Origin: an uncultured Acidobacteriota bacterium
Lineage (GTDB): Bacteria > Acidobacteriota > Thermoanaerobaculia > Multivoradales > UBA5704
Assembly (NCBI GenBank): GCA_963700145.1
Contig: OY969474.1
Location: forward strand, 1,792,001 to 1,856,000
DNA length: 64,000 bases
Direction of reading: 5' to 3'
The notes below the pieces were generated by a model. It was not told the DNA's origin. It saw only the letters and a program-made list of their open reading frames with translations, and did no database searches. This document shows, piece by piece, positions 31,501-40,383 of the stretch. The stretch's first letter is position 1. The number at the start of each line of letters is the position of its first letter. A program made the position numbers and the translations under genes.

Positions 31501-31892
31501 AAGACTTCGGCGGCACCCAGCTCACCCTCGGCCCGCACCCGGTCGCCTACCTGCGCGAAGCGCTGCGGCGGAAGGGCGTGGTAGCGGCAATCGACCTGCC
31601 GCGCTACCGCAACGGCGACCGCGTGCGGATTGCCGGCTCGGTCATCGTCCGCCAGCGCCCCGGCACCGCCAAGGGCCTCCTCTTCATCACCCTCGAGGAC
31701 GAGACCGGGATGTCGCAAGCCATCGTCCAGCCCGAGCTCCTCCAGAAGCACCGCCGCCTGGTCGTCGGCTCGTCGGGCCTGGTCGTCGAAGGGGTGCTCC
31801 AGAACCGCGACGGCTCGATCTCCGTCCGCGGCGAGCGCTTCTGGGGGCTACAAGAGCTGGCGGCGGCGACGCCGAGCTATGACTTCCACTGA
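28536..31892 (+). CDS. dnaE2: Error-prone DNA polymerase DnaE2
   Basis: YAEL...SAFSFLDGAS, QGRGSAANS, PDIDLD, QVESRAQM, YGFPESHAASF, RQRPGTAKG, SYDFH C-terminus. Confidence 0.96.
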   Translation: MRDRKAETLPGDRPGEAPVPLPPRPPPPPPRRARGAKAPPYAELRAASAFSFLDGASLPEDLVEQAAALELPAVALVDAQGVYGAPRFYQAARQAGIRALVGAEVAIDPARPGRRSGPLGLVAPPETAAAPRPESRAVPPPVPPGERLTLLVESRAGYKNLCRLLSAAARGRPKGEARATWELVAEHAAGLRCLTGGPDGPLAAALRQGGAERGRRLLERLGRLFPGRLHVELQRHRRPEEEHANRAAVELARALGLPLVATNGARYARPEDKALHDVLTCIRHHTTLDAAGTLLAAHRERHLKPAAEMARRFADLPEAVAGAAELAARLDFTLADLGYRFPDYPLPPGETPASYLRHVTWNGARARFRPLTARAQAQLEKELALIEKLDLAGYFLIVWDMVQFCQRESILVQGRGSAANSAVCFALSITAVDPVKMDLLFERFLSEERGEWPDIDLDLPSGDQREKVIQYVYRRYGEHGAAMTANVITYRDRSATREVAKAFGYSAEQIDRLADQLGSFTYDLARGDPKSFAAELAAGGLDPQEGRVRRFADLWTRIHNLPRHLGQHSGGMVIAAGRLDEVVPLEPAAMPGRVVVQWDKDDCADLGIVKVDLLGLGMLAAFEEMVPVVRRHEGTHLDLAQLPADDPAVFAMLRRADTVGVFQVESRAQMASLPRNDPKRFYDIVIQVAIIRPGPIVGKMAHPYFERRQGREAVTYPHPSLKPILERTLGVPLFQEQLLRIAMVAAGFTGGEAEELRRAMGFKRSVERMRAIERRLRDGMTARGIAGKTQEEIVHAITAFALYGFPESHAASFALIAYASAYLKVHHPTAFYLGLLNAWPMGFYHPATLVKDAERHGVEVRPVDVQRSEWKCAWEEREGGATGPAGALRVGFRFVRGLRAAAGQRIGAERARGGAFRDAEDLARRCGLREDELETLAAIGALGAFGLSRRAALWQVARIARPAGPLLDALKDTEPSPLPEMTPAEETLEDFGGTQLTLGPHPVAYLREALRRKGVVAAIDLPRYRNGDRVRIAGSVIVRQRPGTAKGLLFITLEDETGMSQAIVQPELLQKHRRLVVGSSGLVVEGVLQNRDGSISVRGERFWGLQELAAATPSYDFH

Positions 31893-31956
31893 AACGCGGG
31901 CTACGGCTTGGGCGGCGGATCGGGAGCGGAGGCGAAATCCCGCACTCGAGGGCTTG

Positions 31957-32094
31957 GGGCAGGACCCGGGCAGCGCCGAGCAGGATGAGCTTGTGAAGCG
32001 GAGCCAGCTCAAGGAGCTGACCCGCGGCGAAGGACAACCAGCCGACCACTACCAGGGCAACAGGACCGAGCCTGACGAACACGTCTTTGGCCAT
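31957..32094 (-). CDS. Possible small hydrophobic membrane peptide (MAKDVFV...ARVLP)
   Basis: AAAGGAG RBS before ATG 32094. The frame reads on antisense into dnaE2, so the true end is uncertain. Confidence 0.35.
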
Positions 32095-32328
32095 GGTCAA
32101 CACTCCTTTCTGCCTTTCGGCATCCGAAGCGCTGCCAGGGTTGCCCTGCTCCGCCAACGGCTTACGCTGCACTGGCCCGCATCGCTATGGGGCCTCAGCG
32201 TGTACCTAGGCGCGAACTCGGGTGTCCGCCGTAGGCCCGGGGTTGGCCGCCCAACCTATCCTGCTCGTGTATGTAGCCATGACCCATGGCCTCTTGGCGG
32301 GGTCTCGTCGAAGGGGCACGGCTTTTTA

Positions 32329-33417
32329 TCACTGAGGCGCGGAAGCCTGGCAGTAAACCCTTTTTGTGCTGATATTAGCTCGACAGGTAACGTTACCTCC
32401 ATTGAATTGGAGATCGGAGTTCACCGCAAAGGCCGTTTTCTTACCACCTTGCTGAACATAGCCAGTCAATGTCATCTTGTAGTATCCCTGCGGCAAACTC
32501 ATGAAAGTCGCATATCCAGACCTGAAAAGGGCACTCCCCGAGCCACCCTCCCTCCTGAGAAAGTTTGTTGACTCATCACCCACAAGTTGAACCCTGAACT
32601 CCGTCACCGTCAGATCGAGCACCTCTCCGTAGGTCACTGCCACGCCTAGGCTGCCAGTATCGCGGGCTGCCCTTCTTTGCGCAGGAGGAACTGGGCGCCT
32701 GCCGAAACTTTTGCCCTTGAGCAGAAATACTTCGCCTCTGATCTCCAAACTGCCTAGGGCGCTCACCCCATGTTGATCGCCGTAGAACAGAATTTCTCTT
32801 GCACCATCTGGAAGTCGCATCACCGAGTACGCTTTCGCCTCTAAGAGATCGCCCAACTCGGGACTGCTTAGCCTGTAGAAAGCTACCTCGTTAGGTGAGC
32901 CGGGAACCTTCTCTACCTTATAAGGCTCATCAGTAAACAGAAAGCGTACCGTGTCGGATACGTCCAGGAAGTTCCAGTAACCAGCCAACTTCTTCACACT
33001 CTCGTAGTCCGTCAAGTCCTTGTTACTCTTCCTCCGATGATACTCCGTTGTGGTTCCATTTGTTGTCACCATGACGAGCAAATCGGGATTTTTAATAGTC
33101 AGATCAAGCTGCGCGAAGCCTTCTTCGTCCGCAAACTTCAGAAACAGTATGGCCGTCTCGCTGTTCCCAATGATAGAGTAAGCGGCATTGAGGCCGTCAA
33201 TTTTGTAGAAAGTCAGATTGAAAGTGTCGAAGTCGTGAACAAACCCTACATTCTCTGTGAACTCAACCAGCATGTCAGAGTTGCCGACCTGCCACTTACC
33301 CAAGACTGCCTTGACACGGGCATTGTCGGTCAAATTTTCTTTCTGAGCATAGCCCGAGCCCGCGCAAAGGATCAAAACTAGGAATGGTGCGACCAATCTA
33401 CCGTAGCGTGGTTCCAT
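32329..33417 (-). CDS. Low-GC secreted hypothetical protein
   Basis: GGAGGG RBS, signal peptide (LVAPFLVLILCAGSGYA), two x-G-x-W starts, visibly AT-richer than the flanks. Confidence 0.75.
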   Translation of the reverse strand: MEPRYGRLVAPFLVLILCAGSGYAQKENLTDNARVKAVLGKWQVGNSDMLVEFTENVGFVHDFDTFNLTFYKIDGLNAAYSIIGNSETAILFLKFADEEGFAQLDLTIKNPDLLVMVTTNGTTTEYHRRKSNKDLTDYESVKKLAGYWNFLDVSDTVRFLFTDEPYKVEKVPGSPNEVAFYRLSSPELGDLLEAKAYSVMRLPDGAREILFYGDQHGVSALGSLEIRGEVFLLKGKSFGRRPVPPAQRRAARDTGSLGVAVTYGEVLDLTVTEFRVQLVGDESTNFLRREGGSGSALFRSGYATFMSLPQGYYKMTLTGYVQQGGKKTAFAVNSDLQFNGGNVTCRANISTKRVYCQASAPQ

Positions 33418-34009
33418 TTCACCCTCCATATTGCGGCAAACCGGCGACAGCCGCGACGGCCAACCTCGGCTTCGAACGACTCGCCGAGGCCCGCGCATGT
33501 CGGTATAGCCGCCAGATGGGTGTCGTCTAGGTTCCGGCGGGGCCCCGAATGCCCGGTGCTCCATGCGTGTGGCTTGTCAGTTAGGCACTATAACAGGAGA
33601 GGAGGCACGAGCTCCCTCCGGCGAGGGGGGTCGCCTGAGGTGCGCCAGCGGACGCGGCGGCTGAGTGTCCTGAAGCTCGCGACGCCACGGGCGGGCGGTT
33701 TGAGGGCGCCTGGGACCTGAAGCTTTCCGAGCTGCTTTCAGAGCGTGGCGGTGCGCGCTCTCGCTCTCCCCTCTTGGAGCGGCTGGAGGTGGAACGGTCT
33801 GTGGGCGGTGAGCGGAGGGAGCGGGTGCCGAATTGCGGCGGTCGGGGCGGTGACTCCGGACGGCGGGGTTCGGCCTCGGGCAGGACTACGAGGCGGAGGG
33901 TGCGCGGGGGGAAACTCGTAATCCGGGCGGCTGGAGTCGGGGAGGCTGCCGCGGGCTTGGTGGCGACCGCCGAAGGGCCGGCGGCGGACGCCTTGTGAGG
34001 CGGCGAAGA

Positions 34010-34300
34010 GCGGGAATCCGACCGGGGAGAGTGGGAATCGGACCGGGGCAAGCGTACTTTTCACGAGTACGTTCGTACCGGCCGTCGGTACGCTTGTACT
34101 TTGCCAAAGTACATATGTACCGCGCGTCGGTACGCTTGTACTTTGTAAAAGTACACTTGTACCGGCCGGCAGTACGCCTGTACTTTGAAAAAGTACGCCT
34201 GTACCGGGCGAAAGTACGTTTGCACCGGGCATCGGTACGCTTGTACCAGACGAAAGTACGCTTGCACCGGCCGTCGGGACGCTCGTACCGGGAGAATTCC
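34010..34300. repeat. 21-bp tandem array with GTAC-N4-GTAC core
   Basis: About 11 units from 34067: GTACGTTCGTACCGGCCGTCG / GTACGCTTGTACTTTGCCAAA / GTACATATGTACCGCGCGTCG and onward. Confidence 0.85.
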
Positions 34301-34499
34301 CCCTGATCCGGCCGAGAAGTACGTCCCTCTCTGCCAACATCCCGTGAGACAGCAGAGCGCTGCCGAAATAGGGTAGAGGGCGGAGAGAGGCGAAGGCGAT
34401 GAGGCGATCGTTGGCGAGGCAGAAGGAGTGGGGGGTCCGGGGGGCGGACCCGGGGGTGGCTGGGGAGGCCGGGGGAGTGGGAGGAGAGGCCTCCCCAGG

Positions 34500-35956
34500 G
34501 GGTTGTCCCTCCCGCTGTTGAAAGAGCAATGAGGTGAAGGCGGCTCCTCGGCCCACCTGATCGAGAATCGGGTTGGTCGAATAACCGGCCCCGCCAGGGG
34601 GCCAAGGAGCCGTGATGAAGACGAGAGCAGAAAGGCGGGTGGTGTGGCAAGGGGGCCGTGCGGCGCGCATCAGCCACGGGCTACAAGCGCTGCTGCGGCC
34701 GATGGTCGAGGGCATCGAGGCCAGCCGCCAGGGGCTGCTGGAGCTGTTTCACGCCGCGGGCGTCGAGGCCCTGGGGCGGCAGCTCGCGGACGAGGTCGAG
34801 GCCGTCGTCGGTCCGAAGCGTCGGCGCAATCCGACCCGCGAGGCGTACCGCTGGGGCTCGACGGCGAGCGAGTTCGTGCTGGGTGGCCGCCAGGTGGCGC
34901 TGCCGCGACCGCGCGTCCGGCGACGCGACGGTGGCGAGATGAGCTTGCCTTCGGTGCGCGCCTTTCAGGACGAAGATCCCTTCACGGAGCGGGTGATCGA
35001 GCAGGCGCTGGTCGGCGTCTCGCAGCGCCGCTACGGTCGGAGCTTGGAGCCGCTCGCAGAGTCGGTGCCGGAGCGCGCGACGAGCAAGAGTGCGGTCCAG
35101 CGCCGGCTGGTGGCGGGGACGCGTCGTCTGCTGGGCGCGTGGCTGCGCCGAGACCTGTCGGACTTCCAGCCCCTGATCCTGATGATCGACGGGCTGGAGG
35201 TGGCCGGCCACACCCTGGTGGTGGCACTCGGCATCGCGCGCGACGGGACCAAGCGGGTGCTCGGCCTGCGTGAAGGCGCGACGGAGAACGCGGCGCTCTG
35301 TACCGGCCTGCTCCAGGAGCTGTTGGAGCGAGGCCTCGCGATGCCGCCGCGCTTCTTGGCGGTGCTCGACGGCGGCAAGGGGCTGCGCAAGGCCGTGCGC
35401 GCCGTCTTCGGGGACGCAACCCACGTCCAGCGCTGCCAGCTCCACAAGCGCCGCAACGTCCGCGACCACCTGCCCAAGCAGCTCCAAGCCCGGGTCGACC
35501 GCCTGATGGTCGAGGCCTACCAGAGCGCTCGCTTCGACCTCGCCAAGCGTCGCCTCGAGCAGCTTGCCCGCTGGCTCGAGCACGCAGGCCACGCGGGCGC
35601 CGCGGGCAGCCTGCGCGAGGGCCTCGACGAGACCCTCACCGCCTTGCGGCTGAAGCTGCCCGACGCTCTGCGCCGGTTGCTCGCCTCGACCAACGCGATC
35701 GAGAACACGATCGGCTCGATCCGTACGACGACGCGCAACGTCAAGCGCTGGCGCGGCGGCGACATGGTGCTGCGCTGGGTCGCCCTGGCGCTGTGTGACG
35801 CGGAGGCTGGCTTCCGGCGTGTCAAGGGACATCGGCACCTCGGGGCTCTCGAGCTCGCGCTCGCGGCGATCGAGGAACCGACGAACACCAAGGCCGTGGC
35901 ATGATCAACCGAGCCGCTTTCCCTCTTTCGGCTTTCAACAGGGAACGGGGCATCCC
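34500..35956 (+). mobile_element. IS256-family insertion sequence
   Basis: Imperfect TIRs GGGTTGTCCCTCCCGCTGTTGAAAG (34500-34524) and CTTTCAACAGGGAACGGGGCATCCC (35932-35956), 19/25 match; no target duplication seen. Confidence 0.85.
34612..35904 (+). CDS. IS256-family (Mutator-type) transposase
   Basis: GVSQRRY, LMIDG, G.K.VLG..EGATEN, LDGGKGL, QRCQLHK, STNAIE. Confidence 0.93.
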   Translation: MMKTRAERRVVWQGGRAARISHGLQALLRPMVEGIEASRQGLLELFHAAGVEALGRQLADEVEAVVGPKRRRNPTREAYRWGSTASEFVLGGRQVALPRPRVRRRDGGEMSLPSVRAFQDEDPFTERVIEQALVGVSQRRYGRSLEPLAESVPERATSKSAVQRRLVAGTRRLLGAWLRRDLSDFQPLILMIDGLEVAGHTLVVALGIARDGTKRVLGLREGATENAALCTGLLQELLERGLAMPPRFLAVLDGGKGLRKAVRAVFGDATHVQRCQLHKRRNVRDHLPKQLQARVDRLMVEAYQSARFDLAKRRLEQLARWLEHAGHAGAAGSLREGLDETLTALRLKLPDALRRLLASTNAIENTIGSIRTTTRNVKRWRGGDMVLRWVALALCDAEAGFRRVKGHRHLGALELALAAIEEPTNTKAVA

Positions 35957-35967
35957 CCCGCTCCCCC

Positions 35968-36040
35968 GGTATCGAGCCCTGATACCTAGGTAGCACCGGC
36001 CGATACCCCCGTAGCGAGCGCCGATACCCAGGTATCGACG
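35968..36040. repeat. Short 21-bp array, GGTAKC-N7-GATACC units
   Basis: Unit starts at 35968, 35989, 36010 and 36031. Confidence 0.7.
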
Positions 36041-36044
36041 GTTC

Positions 36045-36920
36045 CTACCCCGCCGGCCGCTCGCCCGGCGCCGGGGCCTTGCGCTGCGCCGGGGCGGGGC
36101 CGCGCTCGCCGAAGATCCAGACCGGCTCCGGCTTCTTCGCCGGCTGCCACTGGAGACCGAACTCCTCCGTCGCCGCTTCGCGGATGCGCGCCACCGCCTC
36201 CTCCGGGGAGTCGGTGACCACGATCCGCTCGAGGTCGGCGGCGGCGATCGTGCCGCGGCGCACCATGGTGTCGCGGAGGAAGGCGATCAGCGGCTGCCAG
36301 TAGTCGCTGCCCATGAGGATCAGCGGGAAGTCCTTGATCTTGCCGGTCTGGATGAGGGTGGCGCACTCGAAGATCTCGTCCATCGTCCCGAAGCCGCCGG
36401 GCAGCGCCACGAAGGCGTAGGAGTACTTGACGAGCATCACCTTGCGGACGAAGAAGTAGCGGAACTCCAGCCACTGGTCGAGGTAGGGGTTGGGCTGCTG
36501 CTCGTGCGGCAGCGTGATGTTGCAGCCGATGTTGCGGCCCCCGGCTTCGCGCGCGCCGCGGTTGGCCGCCTCCATGATCCCCGGGCCGCCGCCGGTCATC
36601 ACCGTGAAGCCGGCCCTGGCGAGCCGCGCCCCGACCTCCTGCGCCAGCGCGTAGTACGCGTGGTCGGCGGCGAAGCGGGCCGAGCCGAAGACGGTGACGC
36701 ACGGGCCGGCGAAGTGGAGGGCGCGGAAGCCGCGCACGAACTCGCCGAGGATGCGGAAGAGGCGCACCAGCTCGGCGAAGCGCGACTGCGGGCCGGCGAG
36801 GAAATGCCCTTCCTCGGCGCTCTCCGTGCGCTTTCCCCACTCGGGCCGCCCGGGGACGTCCGGGGCGGGCGCCGCGGGGTCCCCGGGGCGGGGCAGCTCC
36901 TCCGGTCCGCTCTCCTTCAC
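36045..36920 (-). CDS. LOG-family (TIGR00730-type) protein
   Basis: VTVFGSAR, TGGGPGIMEAANRGA, FFVRKVML, PGGFGTMDE. Confidence 0.92.
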   Translation of the reverse strand: MKESGPEELPRPGDPAAPAPDVPGRPEWGKRTESAEEGHFLAGPQSRFAELVRLFRILGEFVRGFRALHFAGPCVTVFGSARFAADHAYYALAQEVGARLARAGFTVMTGGGPGIMEAANRGAREAGGRNIGCNITLPHEQQPNPYLDQWLEFRYFFVRKVMLVKYSYAFVALPGGFGTMDEIFECATLIQTGKIKDFPLILMGSDYWQPLIAFLRDTMVRRGTIAAADLERIVVTDSPEEAVARIREAATEEFGLQWQPAKKPEPVWIFGERGPAPAQRKAPAPGERPAG

Positions 36921-37041
36921 GGCGAGGCAGTGTAGCAACCCAGTTGCCAGGAGCCCGGCGCCGGCGCGCCGGACAATCGCGGCGCCTTGCCGCTGGAAAC
37001 CTCTTTGCTTGCTATGCTCTGGCCCTCCGGGCCCGTTCCGC

Positions 37042-38433
37042 ATGAACCGCAGACGACGACTCCGCCGGAGCCTCCCCCTGCTCGGGGGCGCGGCTCTCCT
37101 GACGCTCCTGCTGCTGGCGCCGCGCGCCGCCGCGCCCGCGGCACAGCAGCGGCCGGGGCCGCGCTTCCCCAACGTCGTCGTCGTCACCATCGACACCCTG
37201 CGCGCCGACCACCTCTCCGGCTACGGCTACCGCCGCGCCACCACCCCCAACCTCGACCGCTGGATGGCCTCGGGCGCGCGCTTCGTCCAGGCGCGGACCG
37301 TCGAGCCGCTGACCAACCCGGCCGTCTGCTCGATGTTCACCTCGCTCTACCCGCACGAGCACGGCGCGACGCGCAACGGCCTCGCCATGCGCCCGGGGCT
37401 GCCGTCGGCGGCGGCGGCGCTCCGCCGGCGCGGCTACCGCAGCGCCGCCTTCGTCGGCAACTGGACGCTCAAGGACCGCATCTCGGGGCTGGGGGACCAC
37501 TTCGAGAGCTACCACGAGCTCTTCACCCGCAAGCGCTGGTTCGGAGTGTTCAAGGGGGAAGCGACGGCCGAGGACCTGACGGACGCATCGCTCGACTGGC
37601 TGGCCGACCACCAGCAGGCGCGCCCTGGGCCGTTCCTGCTCTGGGTCCACTACGTCGAGCCGCACGCCCCCTACCGGCTGCAGGCGGGGTTCGCCGGGCG
37701 GCTCGGCATCGCGGCGGCGGGCGAGCCGCCGCGGCAGGACCGCTACGACAGCGAGATCGCCTTCGCCGACCACCACGTCGGGCGCCTGCTGGCGGCGGTC
37801 GAGCGCGACGCCGCGCTCGCCGCCAACACCATCGTCCTCTTCACCGCCGACCACGGCGAGAGCCTCGGCGAGCACGGCGCCTGGGGGCACGGGCGCCAGC
37901 TCTACGACACGACGCTGCGCATCCCGCTGGCGATCGCCTGGCCGGGGCGGATCCCGCCGGGGGTGATCGAGGCGCCGGCCTCCAACCTCGACATCGCCCC
38001 GACGCTGCTCGGGCTCGCCGGCCTGCCGGTGCCGGGCGGCTTCCGCGGCTTCGACTGGAGCGCCGTGCTGCAGAGTGGCGCGGCGCCGCCGCGTGGTCGC
38101 GTCGTCTGGTTCCAGGCGCACAAGGGGGCGGTGCTGAGCCAGCAGGAGGCGCGGGCCGGGGCGCGCCGGCGCGGCCTCCTCGAGGTCGCGCTCCTCACCG
38201 GCATGCGCAAGGAGATCCTGCGGCTGGAAGGGACGCGCCGCTGGCTCTTCGACCTGGCGCGCGACCCGGCCGAGCGGCGCGGCCAGGCGGCGGACGCCGG
38301 CGCCGCCTCCGCCGAGCTGCGGCGCTGGATGACCCAGGTGCAGCAGGGGCTGGCCGCCAGCGACCGCCTGGCCCCGATCGAGCTCGATCCGGAGAGCGTC
38401 GAGAAGCTCCGCGCGCTCGGCTACGCGGAGTAG
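37042..38433 (+). CDS. Secreted sulfatase-like hydrolase/transferase (alkaline phosphatase superfamily)
   Basis: IDTLRADHL, WVHYVEPH.PY, TADHGE, WGHG, LRALGY; Thr at the nucleophile position (LTNPA). Confidence 0.88.
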   Translation: MNRRRRLRRSLPLLGGAALLTLLLLAPRAAAPAAQQRPGPRFPNVVVVTIDTLRADHLSGYGYRRATTPNLDRWMASGARFVQARTVEPLTNPAVCSMFTSLYPHEHGATRNGLAMRPGLPSAAAALRRRGYRSAAFVGNWTLKDRISGLGDHFESYHELFTRKRWFGVFKGEATAEDLTDASLDWLADHQQARPGPFLLWVHYVEPHAPYRLQAGFAGRLGIAAAGEPPRQDRYDSEIAFADHHVGRLLAAVERDAALAANTIVLFTADHGESLGEHGAWGHGRQLYDTTLRIPLAIAWPGRIPPGVIEAPASNLDIAPTLLGLAGLPVPGGFRGFDWSAVLQSGAAPPRGRVVWFQAHKGAVLSQQEARAGARRRGLLEVALLTGMRKEILRLEGTRRWLFDLARDPAERRGQAADAGAASAELRRWMTQVQQGLAASDRLAPIELDPESVEKLRALGYAE

Positions 38434-38459
38434 CCGCCCCGAGGCGGCGACCGCTCCGC

Positions 38460-39299
38460 GTGAAGCTCTGGGCGATCGCCGACCTTCACCTGCGCTACGA
38501 GGTCAACCGCAGCGCGCTGCAGGCGCTCCCCGCCTACCCCGAGGACTGGCTGATCCTGGCCGGCGACGTCGGCGAGACCGAGGAGCAGCTCGCCTTCGCG
38601 CTCGAGGTCCTCGCGCCGCGCTTCGCGCGCCTGCTCTGGGTGCCGGGCAACCACGACCTGTGGGCCATGCCGGGCAGGAGCGGCGAGCCGCGCGGCGAGC
38701 GGAAATACCAGCGGCTCGTCGCCGTCTGCCGCGCCCGGGGCGCGCTGACCCCGGAGGACCCGTTCGCCGACTGGCCGGGACCGGGCGGCCCCTGCTCGGT
38801 CGCCCTCCTCTTCCTGCTCTACGACTACAGCTTCCGGCCCGACCACGTGCCGCTCGCCGAGGCGGTGCGCTGGGCCGCCGAGGAGAACGTCGTCTGCTCC
38901 GACGAGGTGCTCCTCGACCCCGAGCCCTACGCCGGCCGTGCCGAGTGGTGCGCCGCGCGCTGCGACGCCGCCGAGCCGCGCCTCGCCGCGGCGGCGGCGC
39001 GCGCGCCGCTCGTCCTCGTCAACCACTGGCCGCTGCGGCGCGACCTCGCGGTGCTGCCGCGGGTGCCGCGCTTCACCCTCTGGTGCGGCACCCGCCGCAC
39101 CGAGGACTGGCACCGCCGCTTCCGCGCCCTGGCGGTGGTCTACGGCCACCTGCACATCCGCGGCAGCCACCACCGCGACGGCGTGCGCTGCGAGGAGGTC
39201 TCGCTCGGCTACCCGCAGAACTGGGAGCCGCGGCGGGGCATCGCCCCTTATCTGCGGCAGATCCTCCCCGGGCCCGATGGCGACAACGGAGCGGGCTAA
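38460..39299 (+). CDS. Metallophosphoesterase, PptH/Rv2795c-like
   Basis: WAIADLH, DWLILAGDV, WVPGNHDLW, LYDYSF, VNHWPL, LWCGT, VYGHLH, EVSLGYP. Confidence 0.85.
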   Translation: MKLWAIADLHLRYEVNRSALQALPAYPEDWLILAGDVGETEEQLAFALEVLAPRFARLLWVPGNHDLWAMPGRSGEPRGERKYQRLVAVCRARGALTPEDPFADWPGPGGPCSVALLFLLYDYSFRPDHVPLAEAVRWAAEENVVCSDEVLLDPEPYAGRAEWCAARCDAAEPRLAAAAARAPLVLVNHWPLRRDLAVLPRVPRFTLWCGTRRTEDWHRRFRALAVVYGHLHIRGSHHRDGVRCEEVSLGYPQNWEPRRGIAPYLRQILPGPDGDNGAG

Positions 39300-39364
39300 G
39301 TGATAACGTTCCCACCCGGCCGGCGAGCCGCCTCCGCGCGCGCCTCCCGCCGTCCCCCAAACGG

Positions 39365-40366
39365 ATGAAACGGATCGGCATCCTCTTCGGCCAGGAGAGC
39401 ACCTACCCGCAGGCGTTCATCGAGCGGGTCAACGCCAAGCAAGCGGACGGCATCGTCGCCGAGCCGGTGCGCATCGACAAGCTCCTGCAGGGGGAGGACA
39501 GCGGCTATGCGGTCATCGTCGACCGCATCTCGCAGGACATCCCCTTCTACCGCGCCTACCTCAAGAACGCCGCCCTCAACGGCACGGTGGTGGTCAACAA
39601 CCCCTTCTGGTGGAGCGCCGACGAGAAGTTCTTCAACAACTGCCTGGCGACCAAGGTCGGCGTGGCGGTGCCGAAGACGGTGCTGCTGCCCTCGAACCAG
39701 CACCCCGCCGACACCGACGCGCGCTCGATGACCAACCTCGCCTACCCGCTGGCCTGGGAAGAGATCTTCGCCTACGTCGGCTTCCCGGCCTACTTCAAGC
39801 CCTTCGCCGGCGGCGGCTGGAAGAACGTCTACCGCGTGCGCGGCCCGCAGGAGCTGTACGAGGTCTACGGCCAGACCGGGCAGCTGGTGATGATGCTGCA
39901 GGAGGAGATCGTCTTCTCCGAGTACTTCCGCTGCTACTCGGTGGACCGGCGCGAGGTGCGCATCATGCGCTACGACCCGCGCGCCCCCTTCCACGAGCGC
40001 TACGTGCGCAACCCGCCGCCGATCGAGCCGGACCTCCTCGAGCGGCTGATCGGCGACGTGCTCAAGCTCAACCGCGCCCTCGGCTACGACCTCAACACCG
40101 TCGAGCTGGCGGTGCGCGACGGCATCCCCTACGCCATCGACTTCTGCAACCCGGCCCCCGACGCCGACCTGCACTCGATCGGGCCGGAGAACTTCGAGTG
40201 GATCGTCGAGGCGACCGCCAACATGGCGATCCGCCAGGCGCAGGAGCAGGTGCCCGGCCGCTTCAACCTGGTCTGGGGGGACTTCGTCCGCTTCACCCGC
40301 GGCTTCGCCGAGCCCGGCGCGGCCGGCAAGCCGCGCCCCGAGCCGGCCGCCGCGGCCACCCCCTGA
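39365..40366 (+). CDS. RimK-like ATP-grasp ligase
   Basis: VGVAVPKT, FPAYFKPFAGGGWKNV, LQEEI, YAIDFCNPAPD. Confidence 0.85.
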   Translation: MKRIGILFGQESTYPQAFIERVNAKQADGIVAEPVRIDKLLQGEDSGYAVIVDRISQDIPFYRAYLKNAALNGTVVVNNPFWWSADEKFFNNCLATKVGVAVPKTVLLPSNQHPADTDARSMTNLAYPLAWEEIFAYVGFPAYFKPFAGGGWKNVYRVRGPQELYEVYGQTGQLVMMLQEEIVFSEYFRCYSVDRREVRIMRYDPRAPFHERYVRNPPPIEPDLLERLIGDVLKLNRALGYDLNTVELAVRDGIPYAIDFCNPAPDADLHSIGPENFEWIVEATANMAIRQAQEQVPGRFNLVWGDFVRFTRGFAEPGAAGKPRPEPAAAATP

Positions 40367-40383
40367 CGCCCGCCAGCCCCACG

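Noticed and set aside
33470-33586. Possible attC upstream of the low-GC gene (GCCTAAC on the minus strand)
   Set aside because: No convincing complementary GTTRRRY end or paired inner boxes could be found by eye.
33738-34715. 325-aa ORF with GTSV-type heptads, and similar ORFs over 4531-5490
   Set aside because: Several frames on both strands are open because of the DNA repeat; no RBS or domain support, and it overlaps the IS end.
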